Part shown: piece after piece, positions 26,530 to 49,480 of the stretch
Layout: each line of letters opens with the position of its first letter
How positions within the stretch are numbered: position 1 is the first letter of the stretch
Source of the DNA: the human T2T-CHM13v2.0 reference genome, Homo sapiens
Reading direction: 5' to 3' (one strand)
DNA length: 64,000 bases
Assembly (NCBI RefSeq): GCF_009914755.1
Contig: NC_060926.1
Notes under the pieces: generated by a model
What the model was told of the DNA's origin: nothing
The model's input: the letters and a program-made list of their open reading frames with translations, nothing else
The model's database searches: none
Program-made: the position numbers and the translations under genes

Positions 26530-28688
26530 TATTAAATGCATTTCTCATATTTTCAGATCCAACACTTTCTTCCCTCCACACTCTCAATAAATGACTTCAC
26601 TTCTTATTTAATGGAAAAAATATAAATAATGTGAAGAAAACAACCTGAAGAAGCACCTCCAGATTCACTAATATGTGATTTGTATACCATACCTGCCTTC
26701 TCCAGTTACAGAGGGGAGGTGTCCTTGCTTGTAGTTAAGGCCAGTGCTTCCACTTGTACCCTGAATCTCATCTCTCTTAATCTCTTCAAGTCCACCGTTC
26801 CTCTAATTTCCCCTGACCTCCTATATCGGGGGTCAGCATGCTTTTTCTGTAAAAGACTAGATAATACGTATTTTAGGAATTGTAAGTCTCATGATATCTG
26901 TCACTATGTTTCAATAAAATTTTACTTTTAAAAGTAGGCAGAAGTCCGGATTTGTCCTGCAACAATTGTTTGTCAATTCCTGTCCTATGTCATCCATAAT
27001 TTCTCCAGCTCTACTAGGGTTTTTTTTCCCATCAGTGTATAAGTGTGCTGCAATACCACCCATTTTAACAAATACTCTTCCAACTGTGAAGTTCATCATA
27101 ATTTCTCATCTCAGTTCAAATGAAGTGAGAATCCATGTGGTCAGATGGAAAGTGCACTGTGATAGGAGTGAGGAGAACTGATCCTCCCTCTACTTCTGTT
27201 GCAAAAAGAAAGGAAAAGAAAAAATATTGACTTAGACCGACACCTCCCTCTACCACTGCCCCACTTCTCTACTTCCCTCTACAATAAACTCCCTAAAATG
27301 TTGGTCTGTCCTTGATATCCCCACTTCCTCTTCTCCCTTTCTCTCTTGAACCCGCTCCTATCGTGTTTGGTCGACCCTTACATGAAATATTTTTCCTAAA
27401 GTCAGCAGCCCCCATCTTGCCAACTCCCAAGGCCAATTCCCAGTCCTCATCTTCATCTCTTGGCAGCGTCTGAACTCTGTCTTCCATTGTCTTCCTTTTC
27501 TGAGTTCCTCTCATACCTTCTTGCCTTCTCTCTCTGACTAAATGCAGGAGTGCCCCAGGCTCAGATCCTGGCTGTTTCCTCTTCTGGATCTACCCTCATT
27601 CCGCAGATCCTGTGTAGTGTCATAGCTTTAAATTACAGTTCTTTACAGATGACCCTCAAATTCATGTCTTCTGTCCAAATCGCTCACCTGAGCTACACAC
27701 ACATCTTAGCTTGGATGCCTAAAAGTTAGCTCTATTAAACATATGCAAGGCTGGGCACGGTGGCTCATGCCTGTAATCCCAGCACTTTGGGAGGCCGAGG
27801 AGGGTAGATCACCTGAGGTCAGGAATTCAAGACCAGCGTGACCAATATGGTGAAGCCCTATCTCTACTAAAAATACAAAAAAAAAAAAAAGTAGCAAGCC
27901 TTGGTGGTGTGCACCTGTAGTCCCAGCAATTCAGGAGGCTGAGGCAGGAGAATTGCTTGAACCCAGGAGGTGGAGGTTTCAAAGAGCTGAGATCATGCCC
28001 CTGCCTCCAGCCTGGGTGACAGAGTGGGACTCTGTCTCAGAAAAAAAAAAAAAAACAAGGCAAAACGGAACCTCAATTTCTACCTTCTCAACTGTATTCT
28101 TCCCCAGATTTTTCCATCACAATGGCACCATCACTCATCCAGTAGTGCTGATGCAGGACCAAGGAGTCATCTTTAATACTCTTTCTCTCACATACTACAT
28201 CTAATTCATCAGAAGACTTTATTATCTCTGCCTTCAAATTATATCCTGAATATGACCACTTCTAATCATGTGCGTAGCTATTACCCTAATCCATGGTACA
28301 TCCACCTCCAGGCTGGACTGGTGCAGCAGCCTCCTAACTCGTGTGCCTCTTCCACCTTTGTTCACATTCCATAAATTCTCAACACAGTAACTACAATTAT
28401 CTTTAAATGATATAAACCCGATCATGTCATTCCCCTTTGGAATAAAACCCAAACCCTCCATTACCTGCCCCCAGTCACCTGTGTTCTCTTTTCTCCCACA
28501 ACCTCTCTGTTGATTGTGCTGCTTCCCCAACCCAGGCTCTGCATTCATTTCTGCCTCTACTTCCTTAATTTTCTTTGTCTCTATAATGCTCATCATGACC
28601 TTCACACTGGCCTCATTATTTCTTCCTCGTCTTTCTTCAGATGTCACCTCCTCAGGCCTTTTTAGACCCCCATCTCCATTTCCTTATT
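26530..28688 (+). mobile_element. Degraded L2 LINE hosting a MER58-like fragment (about 26825-26960), an Alu and the L1PA7-like insertion; 3' end resumes at about 35128-35275
   Basis: L2 motifs ggagtgccccaggctcagatcctgg and aatggcaccatcactcatccagt; terminal aaatatttgctgagtgaatgaat at about 35252-35273. Confidence 0.65.
27749..28055 (+). mobile_element. AluS (Sx/Sz-like), full length
   Basis: ggctgggcacggtggctcatgcctgtaatcccagcactttgggaggccgagg... followed by an A tail. Confidence 0.95.
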
Positions 28689-28703
28689 TAGATTAATTTT
28701 CTT

Positions 28704-35112
<6,409 letters not shown>

Positions 35113-35774
35113 TAGATTAATTTTCTTCACAGCACTTCATGTTAAAAAGCAACATTTGTTCTTTATTTCCTATGTGAAGGTAAGCTGCTTGAAGGCAAGT
35201 AGTTTACCCCATTGCCAGGAAGGGTGTCTAGCATATAGTAACCACTAAATAAATATTTGCTGAGTGAATGAATAACTTTACCTCAGAAGGAAGGAAGGAT
35301 TTTAAACACAATCCCAAGGCCAGTTCCTCTCACCTCACATGTTTCCATGTCGTGACTCTGCTGGGCTGTGGCAAGGTGCTCTGACACTCAGAACCTCTGG
35401 AATACATGTGACATTGCCACTCCCAGATTTTCCCACTGTCATTCATTCCTACCCTGTCCTTCTTCATCATTAGTCAATAGCAGTGCCAGTTACCCTCTCC
35501 ACCTTTGTAGTACAGACAATTCCTCGTTTCTCTGGCTGGTTCAGACCTTATTTGCTGGGCCCGTGACAACCAGCAGGGACAGGAAAAAGGCTGTCAGATT
35601 GCTCCCCTTCTGGAGGTAAAAAATTAGAAGGTCACAAATGTGTTTATTTTATTTTATTTTATTTTATTTTATTATTATTATACTTTAAGTTTTAGGGTAC
35701 ATGTGCAAAATGTGCAGGTTTGTTACATATGTATACATGTGCCATGTTGCTGTGCTGCACCCATTAACTCGTCA

Positions 35775-39718
<3,944 letters not shown>

Positions 39719-39781
39719 TATGATGTTAGCTGATTATTTTGCTCATTAGTTGATGCAGTTTCTTCCTAGCCTCGATGGTCT

Positions 39782-40798
39782 TTACATTTTGGCATGTTTT
39801 TGCAGTGGCTGGTACTGGTTGTTCTTTTCCATGTTTAGTGCTTCCTTCAGGAGCTCTTTTAGGGCAGGCCTGGTGGTGACAAAATCTCTCAGCATTTGCT
39901 TGTCTGTAAAGTATTTTATTTCTCCTTCACTTATGAAGCTTAGTTTGGCTGGATATGAAATTCTGGGTTGAAAATTCTTTTCTTTAAGAATGTTGAATAT
40001 TGGCCCCCACTCTCTTCTGGCTTGTAGAGTTTCTGCCGAGAGATCCACTGTTAGTCTGATGGGCTTCCCTTTGTGGTTAACCCGACCTTTCTCTCTGGCT
40101 GCCCTTAACATTTTTTCCTTCATTTCAACTTTGGTGAATCTGACAATTATGTGTCTTGGAGTTGCTCTTCTCGAGGAGTACCTTTGTGGCGTTCTCTGTA
40201 TTTCCTGAATCTGAATGTTGGCCTGCCTTGCTAGATTGGGGAAGTTCTCCTGGATAATATCCTGCAGAGTGTTTTCCAACTTGGTTCCATTCTCCCCGTC
40301 ACTTTCAGGTACACCAATCAGATGTAGATTTGGTCTTTTCACATAGTCCCATATTTCTTGGAGGCTTTGTTCATTTCTTTTTATTCTTTTTTCTCTAAAC
40401 TTCCCTTCTCGCTTCATTTCATTCATTTCATCTTCCATCACTGATACCCTTTCTTCCAGTTGATCGCATCGGCTCCTGAGGCTTCTGCATTCTTCATGTT
40501 GTTCTCGAGCCTTGGCTTTCAGCTCCATCAGCTCCTTTAAGGACTTCTCTCCATTGGTTATTCTAGGTATCCATTCATCTAATTTTTTTTCAAAGTTTTT
40601 AACTTCTTTGCCATTGGTTTGAATTTCCTCCTGTAGCTCGGAGTAGTTTGATCGTCTGAAGTCTTCTTCTCTCAGCTCGTGAAAGTCATTCTCCGTCCAG
40701 CTTTGTTCCGTTGCTGGTGAGGAGCTGCGTTCCTTTGGAGTAGGAGAGGTGCTCTGCTTTTCAGAGTTTCCAGTTTTTCTGCTCTGTTTTTTCCCCAT
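39782..40798 (-). CDS. L1 ORF1p, intact 338-aa frame
   Basis: MGKKQSRKTGNS...LQKHAKM at the canonical length, with REKG, ARR and YPAKLS motifs. Expression is unknown. Confidence 0.9.
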   Translation of the reverse strand: MGKKQSRKTGNSEKQSTSPTPKERSSSPATEQSWTENDFHELREEDFRRSNYSELQEEIQTNGKEVKNFEKKLDEWIPRITNGEKSLKELMELKAKAREQHEECRSLRSRCDQLEERVSVMEDEMNEMKREGKFREKRIKRNEQSLQEIWDYVKRPNLHLIGVPESDGENGTKLENTLQDIIQENFPNLARQANIQIQEIQRTPQRYSSRRATPRHIIVRFTKVEMKEKMLRAAREKGRVNHKGKPIRLTVDLSAETLQARREWGPIFNILKEKNFQPRISYPAKLSFISEGEIKYFTDKQMLRDFVTTRPALKELLKEALNMEKNNQYQPLQKHAKM

Positions 40799-41843
40799 CT
40801 TTGTGGTTTTGTCTACTTTTGGTCTTTGATGATGGTGACGTACAGATGGGTTTTTGGTGTGGATGTCCTTTCTGTTTGTTAGTTTTCCTTCTAACAGACA
40901 GGACCCTCAGCTGCAGGTCTGTTGGAGTTTGCTAGAGGTCCACTCCAGACCCTGTTTGCCTGGGTATCAGCAGCAGTGGCTGCAGAACAGTGGTGGCTGT
41001 AGAACAGCAGATGTTGGTGAACCGCAAATGCTGCTGCCTGATCGTTCCTCTGGAAGTTTTGTCTCAGAGGAGTACCCGGCCATGTGCAGTGTCAGTCTGC
41101 CCCTACTGGGGGGTGCCTCCCAGTTAGGCTGCTTGGGGGTCAGGGACCCACTTGAGGAGGCAGTCTGTCCGTTCTCAGATCTCCAGCTGTGTGCTGGTAG
41201 AACCACTACTCTCTTCAAAGCTGTCAGACAGGGACATTTAAGTCTGCAGAGGTTACTGCTGTCTTTTTGTTTGTCTGTGCCCTGCCCCCAGAGGTGGAGC
41301 CTACAGAGGCAGGCAGGCCTCCTTGAGCTGTGGTGGGCTCCACCCAGTTCAAGCTTCCTGGCTGCTTTGTTTACCTAATCAAGCCTGGGCAATGGCAGGC
41401 GCCCCTCCCCCAGCCTGGCTGCCACCTTGCAGTTTGATCTCAGACTGCATGCTAGCAATCAGCGAGACTCCGTGGGCGTAGGACCCTCTGAGCCAGGTGC
41501 AGGATATAACCTCTTGGTGTGCCGTTTTTTAAGCCCATTGGAAAAGTGCAGTATTTGGGTGGGAGTGACCCGATTTTCCAGGTGCCGTCTGTCACCCCTT
41601 TCTTTGTCTAGGAAAGGGAACTCCCTGACCCCTTGCACTTCCCGAGTGAGGCAATGCCTCGCCCTGCTTCCGCTCGCACACAGTGCGCTGCACCCACTGT
41701 CCTGCTCCCACTGTCTGGCACTCCCTAGTGAGATGAACCCAGTACCTCAGATGGAAATGCAGAACTCACCCGTCTTCTGCGTCGCTCACGCTGGGAGCTG
41801 TAGACGGCAGCTGTTCCTATTCGGCCATCTTGGCTCTACCCCC
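40799..41843 (-). promoter_or_regulatory. L1 5'UTR internal promoter (sense promoter on -, antisense promoter on +)
   Basis: YY1 motif ggccatcttg at 41823-41832, residual CpGs and ORF0-homologous sequence from 41392. Activity is inferred from family knowledge only. Confidence 0.7.
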
Positions 41844-43219
41844 CACAAATGTGTTTTTCAATCTACCCAGTCTTGTAGTTTATAAAAATTCCTCCTAGAA
41901 TTGGGCAATAGCTTGACTGTCAGTACTAGCTCTGGCCGGTGTAAATACTTAATTTCATTCTGGATTTTCTTGGATGTTAATAAAAAATTGGGACACTAGG
42001 CATCAGTCTTCCCACTACAGTCTCCTATCAAATAGAACTACCTTTCTCCCTTTATTTTACAATATACAGCCCCAGTCAACAAATAAACACATTTGTCTTC
42101 TTCCCCAACCCCCTCATACCCAGAAACTGGAAGCCAAAGGTAATGAGGAATTAGGCAGAGTGTATAATTTTCATTAAAAGATTTGTTTACCCATTTCTTG
42201 AAAGCTACTTTCAGAAGTGTGAGGTTCCCACTAAAAGAAGTGAACTCTGATGCTGACTTTAATGATTCTAGGTTTGAACTGAACACACCTCCCATGGTGA
42301 GAATGTGGAGTGGCAGGTGGCACTTCTGGAAGATGGGCCATGTTCCTGCCTGTTTGTCCCTCCTCACCCCTGTTCCCAACTATGACTATAGCAGTTCTGG
42401 CCTGTAAATATGTATGACAAGCAGAGACGTAGCATCTTTCAGGGCTCTACAGTGAGGATTTCCACAGCTGGGGACCCAGCAGAGGGAGAGGCAGCTCATT
42501 CAAGGGGAACAACAAGTTATCTTGACATAATGGGCCTGGAATGTAGATGTGGGATCTGTCAAAGGAGCTTCTCTGTTCTCCATATTGACAGCTCATGCTT
42601 GCTCCATGACATGCTTGCTGCAGAAACATGACCTGGAACTGATGTGTTCTGACAGAAACAAGCTGGGGGATTTTGGGCATGCTCTGTCTGTCTTTCTGTC
42701 TCTCTCTCTGCCTTTTTCTCTCCTCACTGATGGTGCTGAACTGTTGAAGAGGAATGGGGTCATGTAGCTGTCAGAAGAGGGTCCCCAGTCCCACCGTCAT
42801 TGCCTTCTTGAAAGCCATGCTTCTTGGCCTATTAAATCCACACGGAGGCTGTTCCTGGAACTCTTGGAAGAATGTGCTGTTATCTGAATGTGGGATTTTA
42901 CTGTACATAGAATACAACTCTGTTGTGATATCTGCAAAACAGGGATTGAAAGAATGAAAAAAAAAAAAAAGAAAAAGAAACCCACTTGTAGAGACAGGTA
43001 AGTGTGGTAACCAAGATAACCAGAATGTAATATAGAAAAAGGACACTCTTAATTTTGATGTTGAAAGATAAATAATCTATTATGATGAGTCTTGTTCGGT
43101 ATGATCAGCCTATATTGGTACAATTGAACTCTCTATATAGCCTTAAAATTTCTTTTCGGGAGTGAGTATTAATCAAATTTTACTTTGAAAAATTCTACGC
43201 AGATGATCAACATTATATT

Positions 43220-43745
43220 AATCAATTCATTCAACAAGTATTTAAAGAGTATTTACTATTTGTTAGGTACTGGGAATATAATGGTGTAGAAGAGGAGGAT
43301 GTCTCCCATGGGGTTTGTCTTTATCAAAGGCTGAGACTGATCAAAACAAGTACACAAATAGGAGAATTACAACATCTGATAAAGTATATGAAAGAAATGA
43401 ATGAGGGGCTAAACAAGAGAATATGAAGGAGGAGTAAGGGACTTAAGCTAATATTTATAGTGAGATTCCAAAGATAAGATTAGAATATTCACATGAGGAA
43501 TTGGGAAAGAGCATCCCAGGAAGGGGTAGCAGTGGATTCAATGGCCCTATGATAGGAGAGGGCAGGATCTGTCCAAGGAACTGACAGAAAACCAGTGTGG
43601 CAGAAGTTAGGAGGGGTAAGGGGGAAAAGGAGCTGAAGAAATGGGCAAGGGCAATATGGAGGACATGGCAAGGAGTTTGGATTTTGTTCTACATGTGATG
43701 GGAAGCCAGTAAAGACATTTAAGTTGGAAAGTGACATAATCCATT
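43220..43745 (-). mobile_element. L2 3' fragment (continues at about 46300-48200)
   Basis: attcattcaacaagtattta... and ggcaaggagtttggattttgttctacatgtgatgggaagcca are antisense L2 motifs. Confidence 0.65.
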
Positions 43746-43848
43746 ATGCACACACAGGCACACACTTTATAAAACAAAAAACAATATCAGACTTCAAGTA
43801 CAGCCTTTTCCTCAGAACCATTTGAGAGTAAGTTGCAATATGATGCCC

Positions 43849-44618
43849 TATATTAGTTATCTATTGTTGTCTAACAAATTACCCTAAAGCTTAGCAGCTT
43901 TAGGAATGAGATTATGTATTTAGAATGTATTTAATTCTAAAATAAAGGGAGAAAGGAAGTTCTGTTTGCCCGCAGACAGCAGAATGTAGTTTGAAGACTG
44001 ATGCCTTGTGTCCCAACTTTTCATTAAAATCCAAGAAAATCCAGAAAGAAATGTAAATACTAAACAACATTTATTATCTCAGAGTTTCTGTGGGTCAAAA
44101 TCCAGGTGTGGTTTGGCTGGGTCATCTGCCTCAGAGACTCTCAGAAGTCTTTGAACAAGGTGTTGGCTAGGGCTGCAATCTCACTCAAACACTCAACTGT
44201 AGGAAGATTCACTTCCAAGCTCTTTCAAGTGGTCATTGGCAGGATTTAGCCCCTTTTAGGCTTCTGAACTAAGGCCTTCAGTTGCTTTCTGAGGATTCAG
44301 TTCCTCACTGGCATGTGGCTGGAGGCCTCCCTCAGTTCCTTGCCATGTACTTCCCATTATGGGGAAGCTCACAGCATGGAAGCTGACTTCTCAGTGTGAG
44401 TGAGCAAGAAAAGGAGAAAGAGTATCCAAGATGGCAGCCACAATCTTTTTGTAACCAAAAAGGCTAATCTCATAAGTGATATGCCATCATTTTTGCTGTG
44501 TTCTATTATTTGGAAGTGAGTCACTGGGCATAGATGTAACTCAGTGGGTGGGGATTATATGAGTGCGTGAATATCAAGAGGAAAGGATCATGGAGACATT
44601 TTAAAGGCTGCCTACCAT
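43849..44618 (-). mobile_element. MLT1F/G-like MaLR LTR with an internal insert of about 160 bp
   Basis: tattagttatctattgttgtctaacaaattaccctaaagcttagcagct ... aaacaacatttattatctcagagtttctgtgggtca ... aggctgcctacca. Confidence 0.7.
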
Positions 44619-44712
44619 GTGACCCATCAACCCAACCACTTTATAACAAGGATATTCTCCTACTACTCAAAATACGATCCCACAAATCAGGAAATTAAAT
44701 CAATACATTACT

Positions 44713-44959
44713 TTTTTTTTTTTTTAAGATAGTCTTGCTCTGTCACCTAGGCTCTCGGCTCACTAAAACCTCCGCCTCCTGGCTTCAAGCCATCCTCCTG
44801 CCTCCTGAGTAGCTGAGATTACAGGTGCACACCAACACACCCAGTTACTTTTTGTATTTTTAGTAAAGATGGGGTTTCACCATGTTGGCCAGGCTGGGCT
44901 TGAACTCCTGACCTCAAATGGTCCACCCACCTGGGTCTCCCAAAGTGCTGAGATTACAG
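44713..44959 (-). mobile_element. AluS, 5'-truncated with a small internal deletion
   Basis: Perfect 13-bp TSD TCAATACATTACT at 44700-44712 and 44960-44972. Confidence 0.92.
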
Positions 44960-46571
44960 TCAATACATTACTATTAACTAATCCTTGGACCCTATTCAAG
45001 TTTTGCCAATGTCACAATAATGTCCTTTATAGCAAAAGGATTCCATTCAAAATCATGCTTTGCTTTTAGGTAGCATATCTCTAGTTTTCCTCAATCTGCT
45101 ATAGTGCCCTACCTTTCTTCGATGGCCATGATCTTGACACTTTGCAAGATTGGAGGCTACTTTGTAGACATCTCTCAATTGTGGTGTTTCTGATGTCACT
45201 TTATGATTAAATTCAGGTTATGTATAATTGGCAGGAATATCATCAGAATGATGCATTACATCCTATAAAGTGGTGCATGGTTTTGAGCAACCTATTTAAG
45301 CCAGTGGTTTTAACTTTGATCACCTGATTATGGTCAGGTAAGAGCCAGGCCTCTCCACTGAAAAGTTACCTTTAAAATTTGTTATTTTATTTAATGAATA
45401 ATTATTTAGTATGATCACTATTTTTTTGGTGCTAAAATAGTTCCAGATGTGACCAGTGGCAACCCTTTCAAGGTGGCTTCTGTGTTCTTTTGATATGTTT
45501 CCATCATTTTATGAACACTTTCTCGATTTCTCACACAAAACATTTTCCACAGTCATCTAGTACTTCCCTTGCCCCAGGCTTGGGATGATCCATTTCAATT
45601 AGGAGCCCTGGTTCTTTTTAGTAGAAAATGGTATTTAGACACTAAGATTTGTGCTTATTGTTACTTGGGCTTCACTGCTCCCAGGCTTTCTCAGTGGACA
45701 GAGTTAGGGAGCTATATGTGTATGTATGTGTGTATGTTTACACATATTTACCTCTGTTGATTTTTATGTCCATTGGTGTATATTGGAGATCATGAATTCA
45801 TACTGCTGCCTCCAATTCCAGTGCAACACCACAGGGTAAATCCTATTTTTATACCTTTCCATATTTGTAGCCCTTTTCTCCCACAGTGAGAAATATGGCT
45901 TTCATTACCCTTAATCTATTTAACTTATTTGATCAGCATCCCTGCATATAATCAATCTCCCATTTCTGCCGCCAACCCTCTGCGCCTCCCCGCATTGACA
46001 ATCTCACCCACTCAGGCTCTAACAGCCATGCCAGGCTATTGCCATCTCCTTGCCCTCCTATGTGGATATCCTTCTCACTCATCCAGGCTTAGGCAATACC
46101 CATCAAGCTCTCTCCCCACATGGATGCCCTCCTGAGCTTTCCCTGGGTTCTGACCCCCGTTTCTGGTCATTGTGGCCAATCCCCCACAATATGAATGCCT
46201 ATGTTGTGTAACACCAATGAATGGCTTAGGGGCTGAATTGTTGAGGAAGGGTAAAGAAACACAGGAAAAAGAAAAAGGAGGAGAAGGAAGAAGAGCTATG
46301 GTATATTTTAAACCAACATCCCTTACATTTATATGGAGCGTGAATTGGAGAAGACAGGAACTGAAGCAGGGAAACTAGTTAAGGGGCTAATGTGCAAGGT
46401 CTGGTGAGAGGTGATTGTGGCATAATTGTGGTATGATGTAAGGGGCAGGCAGAGGAGAGAAAAATACATATTTGGAGAGTTGAAAGCACTTTTTCTTGGA
46501 TTACATGCAGAAGGTAAGGGAAAGGTAGAAATTAAGGAAAATTCCTAGATTTATAGCTTGAACAACTGTTA

Positions 46572-46942
<371 letters not shown>

Positions 46943-47389
46943 CTATTTAATAAGATAGGAAGAAATTGGGGTTGGGGTGCAGTGTGTTAAGAAAAATCAA
47001 TAATTATTTTTCAAATCTGTCAAGCTGAAGATACATGCGTGAAACATTCAAAAGATGTTAAGTAGGCACATGGCTATATGGTAGCAAACTCAAACCAGAA
47101 GTCTGGGTTGGCAATATAAATTTGAGAGTCATGAACATAAAGAAAGGGCAGAGAGAGAGAGAACATTCAGGAATGACCCTCAGCAGCCCCCAGAATCAAA
47201 TGCCAGACCCAGCAAGCAAGCTTGAGAAGGACAGGCTAGTGGCAGAGGAAAAAGCACAGAAAAACAAAAGTGATAACAGAGAACGAAGAAACGTGCTTCA
47301 AGAAGGCAGTCATAATTTCTTATTTCAAATATCATTAAGAAGACAAGCATGAGAATCCAAATCTTCATTGGCTTTAGCAATAAGCAAGT

Positions 47390-47827
47390 TGCTATGGACA
47401 AAACTGTGTTCTCCTCCACACCACCCCAACCCTACAAAATTCATCTATTGAAGCCCCTGCTTCCAATGTGATTGTATTTGGAGACAGGGCTTTTAGAAGC
47501 TAATTAAGGTTGAATGAGGTCATAATGGTGTAATCCTAATACATAGAATTGGTGGCTTTATAAAAAGAGGAAGATCTCTCTCTGTCTCTCTCCCCGCTAC
47601 CCCTCAACCACACATATGTACAAATAAACCAAGAAAAGGTCATGTGAAGACACAGTGTGAAGGTGGCCATCTGCAAGCCGGAAGGAGCACCCTCACAAGA
47701 AACCAAATCCTGCTGGCACCTTGATCTTGGATTTTCCAGCCTCTAGAACTGTGAAAAATTAAATTTTTGTTGTTTAACCGACTCAATCTATGATATTTTG
47801 TTATGGTAGCTGGAGCTGACTAATACA
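47390..47827 (+). mobile_element. MLT1A-like MaLR solo LTR
   Basis: TGCTATGGAC...GACTAATACA termini, flanks caagt/aaagt (5-bp TSD with one mismatch) and internal ctgctggcaccttgatcttgga. Confidence 0.85.
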
Positions 47828-49480
47828 AAAGTCATTGGTGATCTTGACAATATTAAATTCAGTGGGATGGTTCAGGAAGAAATCAGAATATAGTGGATTA
47901 AATAGAGACATACAAGAAAATGGAAATGTGGTATGAAACAACTGTTTTGTGAGGTTTGCTCTGAATGACAGAAGAAATGGTGCTGTCCTGGAGGAGCATT
48001 TAGAATCAAGAATGAGTCAAATGGGTGATTTTGGAATCTGTTCATATGTGGAGGGTGATGATCTCAGAGGAGGAGACTGATAAGGCAGACTGAGGAGATA
48101 ACCTAAAAGGGAAATCCTGGAGGGTACTTGTGGTTGTTGACAAAGTGGAGGATTAACCTTTTATATGAATAGTCTCCGTGGTGATGGAAAAAGATAAAGA
48201 CACTATGGATTAACAAATACATTTGTCATGTAGGAGAATGGACATCTAAAAACCATAACCTGACTTTTTTTTTCTTTGTTTTCTGGGTTTCTCTCTCTTG
48301 CTGACCTTCTACTATAAGGTTAAATTACACATATTATTGCCCCAAGGAAGAAGTGGAGGGTACTGTCTTGAGTAAAGCACAAATAATAGAAGAGGAGGAG
48401 AAAACGATATGAGGGGACTTCCTGCCAGGCAGGCAAGGGGAGGACAAAGGGAGGAGAGGCCAGAGAGAAGTATAAAAGAAAGAAGCAGCCACACGAATGC
48501 TCTTGAGGTCTAACTTGAGAGTATGTTATATTGGAAAGTTCTAGATAGATTTGTAGAAAACAAAATTTATATGGCCAGTACTTACTTTCCTGAGACACAG
48601 CCTGGGGTGGTTGAAATCCTCTCAAATGAGCCCTACATTTGAGGAGGCATCATCTCCAAGAAGGCAAAGGAATGGGAGAGAAATCAAGGCTGAAAGAGAT
48701 GCTTGAAAGATGCTTCAACAAACATTTCCATCAACACAAAGCCTCTCCCACAGGTTTGAGAAAGCAGCTGGTTCCAGCCCCCAGTGGTGGCGGAAGTGCT
48801 GAGAGGAGCCAAGGCTCAGAATAAGACTGAGGTTGAGATGGGAGTCTGTGATGTGGTGAGAGACCAGGGTATCATCTGTGGAGGCTGCTGGATGGCCAGA
48901 AGCCCACTAGAATGACTTATCCCCTAGTGGGATTGGGGGCTCAAAGGAGAGGAGGTGGACCAGAGGCCTCTCTCCCACTGCTGTGAACTCACAGAGGGTT
49001 CCCCTATGTCCAGATGCTACCTAAGGAGAAGAGAAAGACAACAGGAAATGGAAAACACTTTGAAAAATTGAGTATTTACCTCCACAGAGACTATTTAACC
49101 AACAGCTTCTTTTAAATGGAAAGAAACCAAGTTACTCTTAGTAAACTTGTTATCATTTTTTTGTGTGTGTGTGGAAATGAGAACTTCAGAGAAAGATGGG
49201 GTCAATTAGACATAAAGAAAAAAAGTCACCCTTTCCCTAAACATGGGCTGTGATATAAATTTTGACAGCAATACAGTAGGTTTATTGGTGAGACAATGAG
49301 TGAAATTGCATTGAATGGCTTCTGTGTTGCTCGTGAAATGTGAGGTGTGAGTGACAGTTGAGAGGAAGGGTTAAGGGAGAGGTGTGGGAGTTTGAGGAAA
49401 GAGGAGAACGTATAATATTACTATCTCAGGGGTATTCAAAATGCACATCAGTATATATATACTGAGACCGAGTATATATA

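Larger units (their letters stand above)
43760..45960 (-). mobile_element. L1MC-type 3' region hosting an MLT1 LTR and an Alu
   Basis: gaaccatttgagagtaagttgca ... aacaaggatattctccta ... aataatgtcctttatagcaaaag ... ggagccctggttcttttagtagaaaatggtatttaga. Confidence 0.65.

Noticed and set aside
48776-48795. CTCF-like gcccccagtggtggcgg
   Set aside because: It needs an indel to fit the CCASYAGRKGGC core on either strand.
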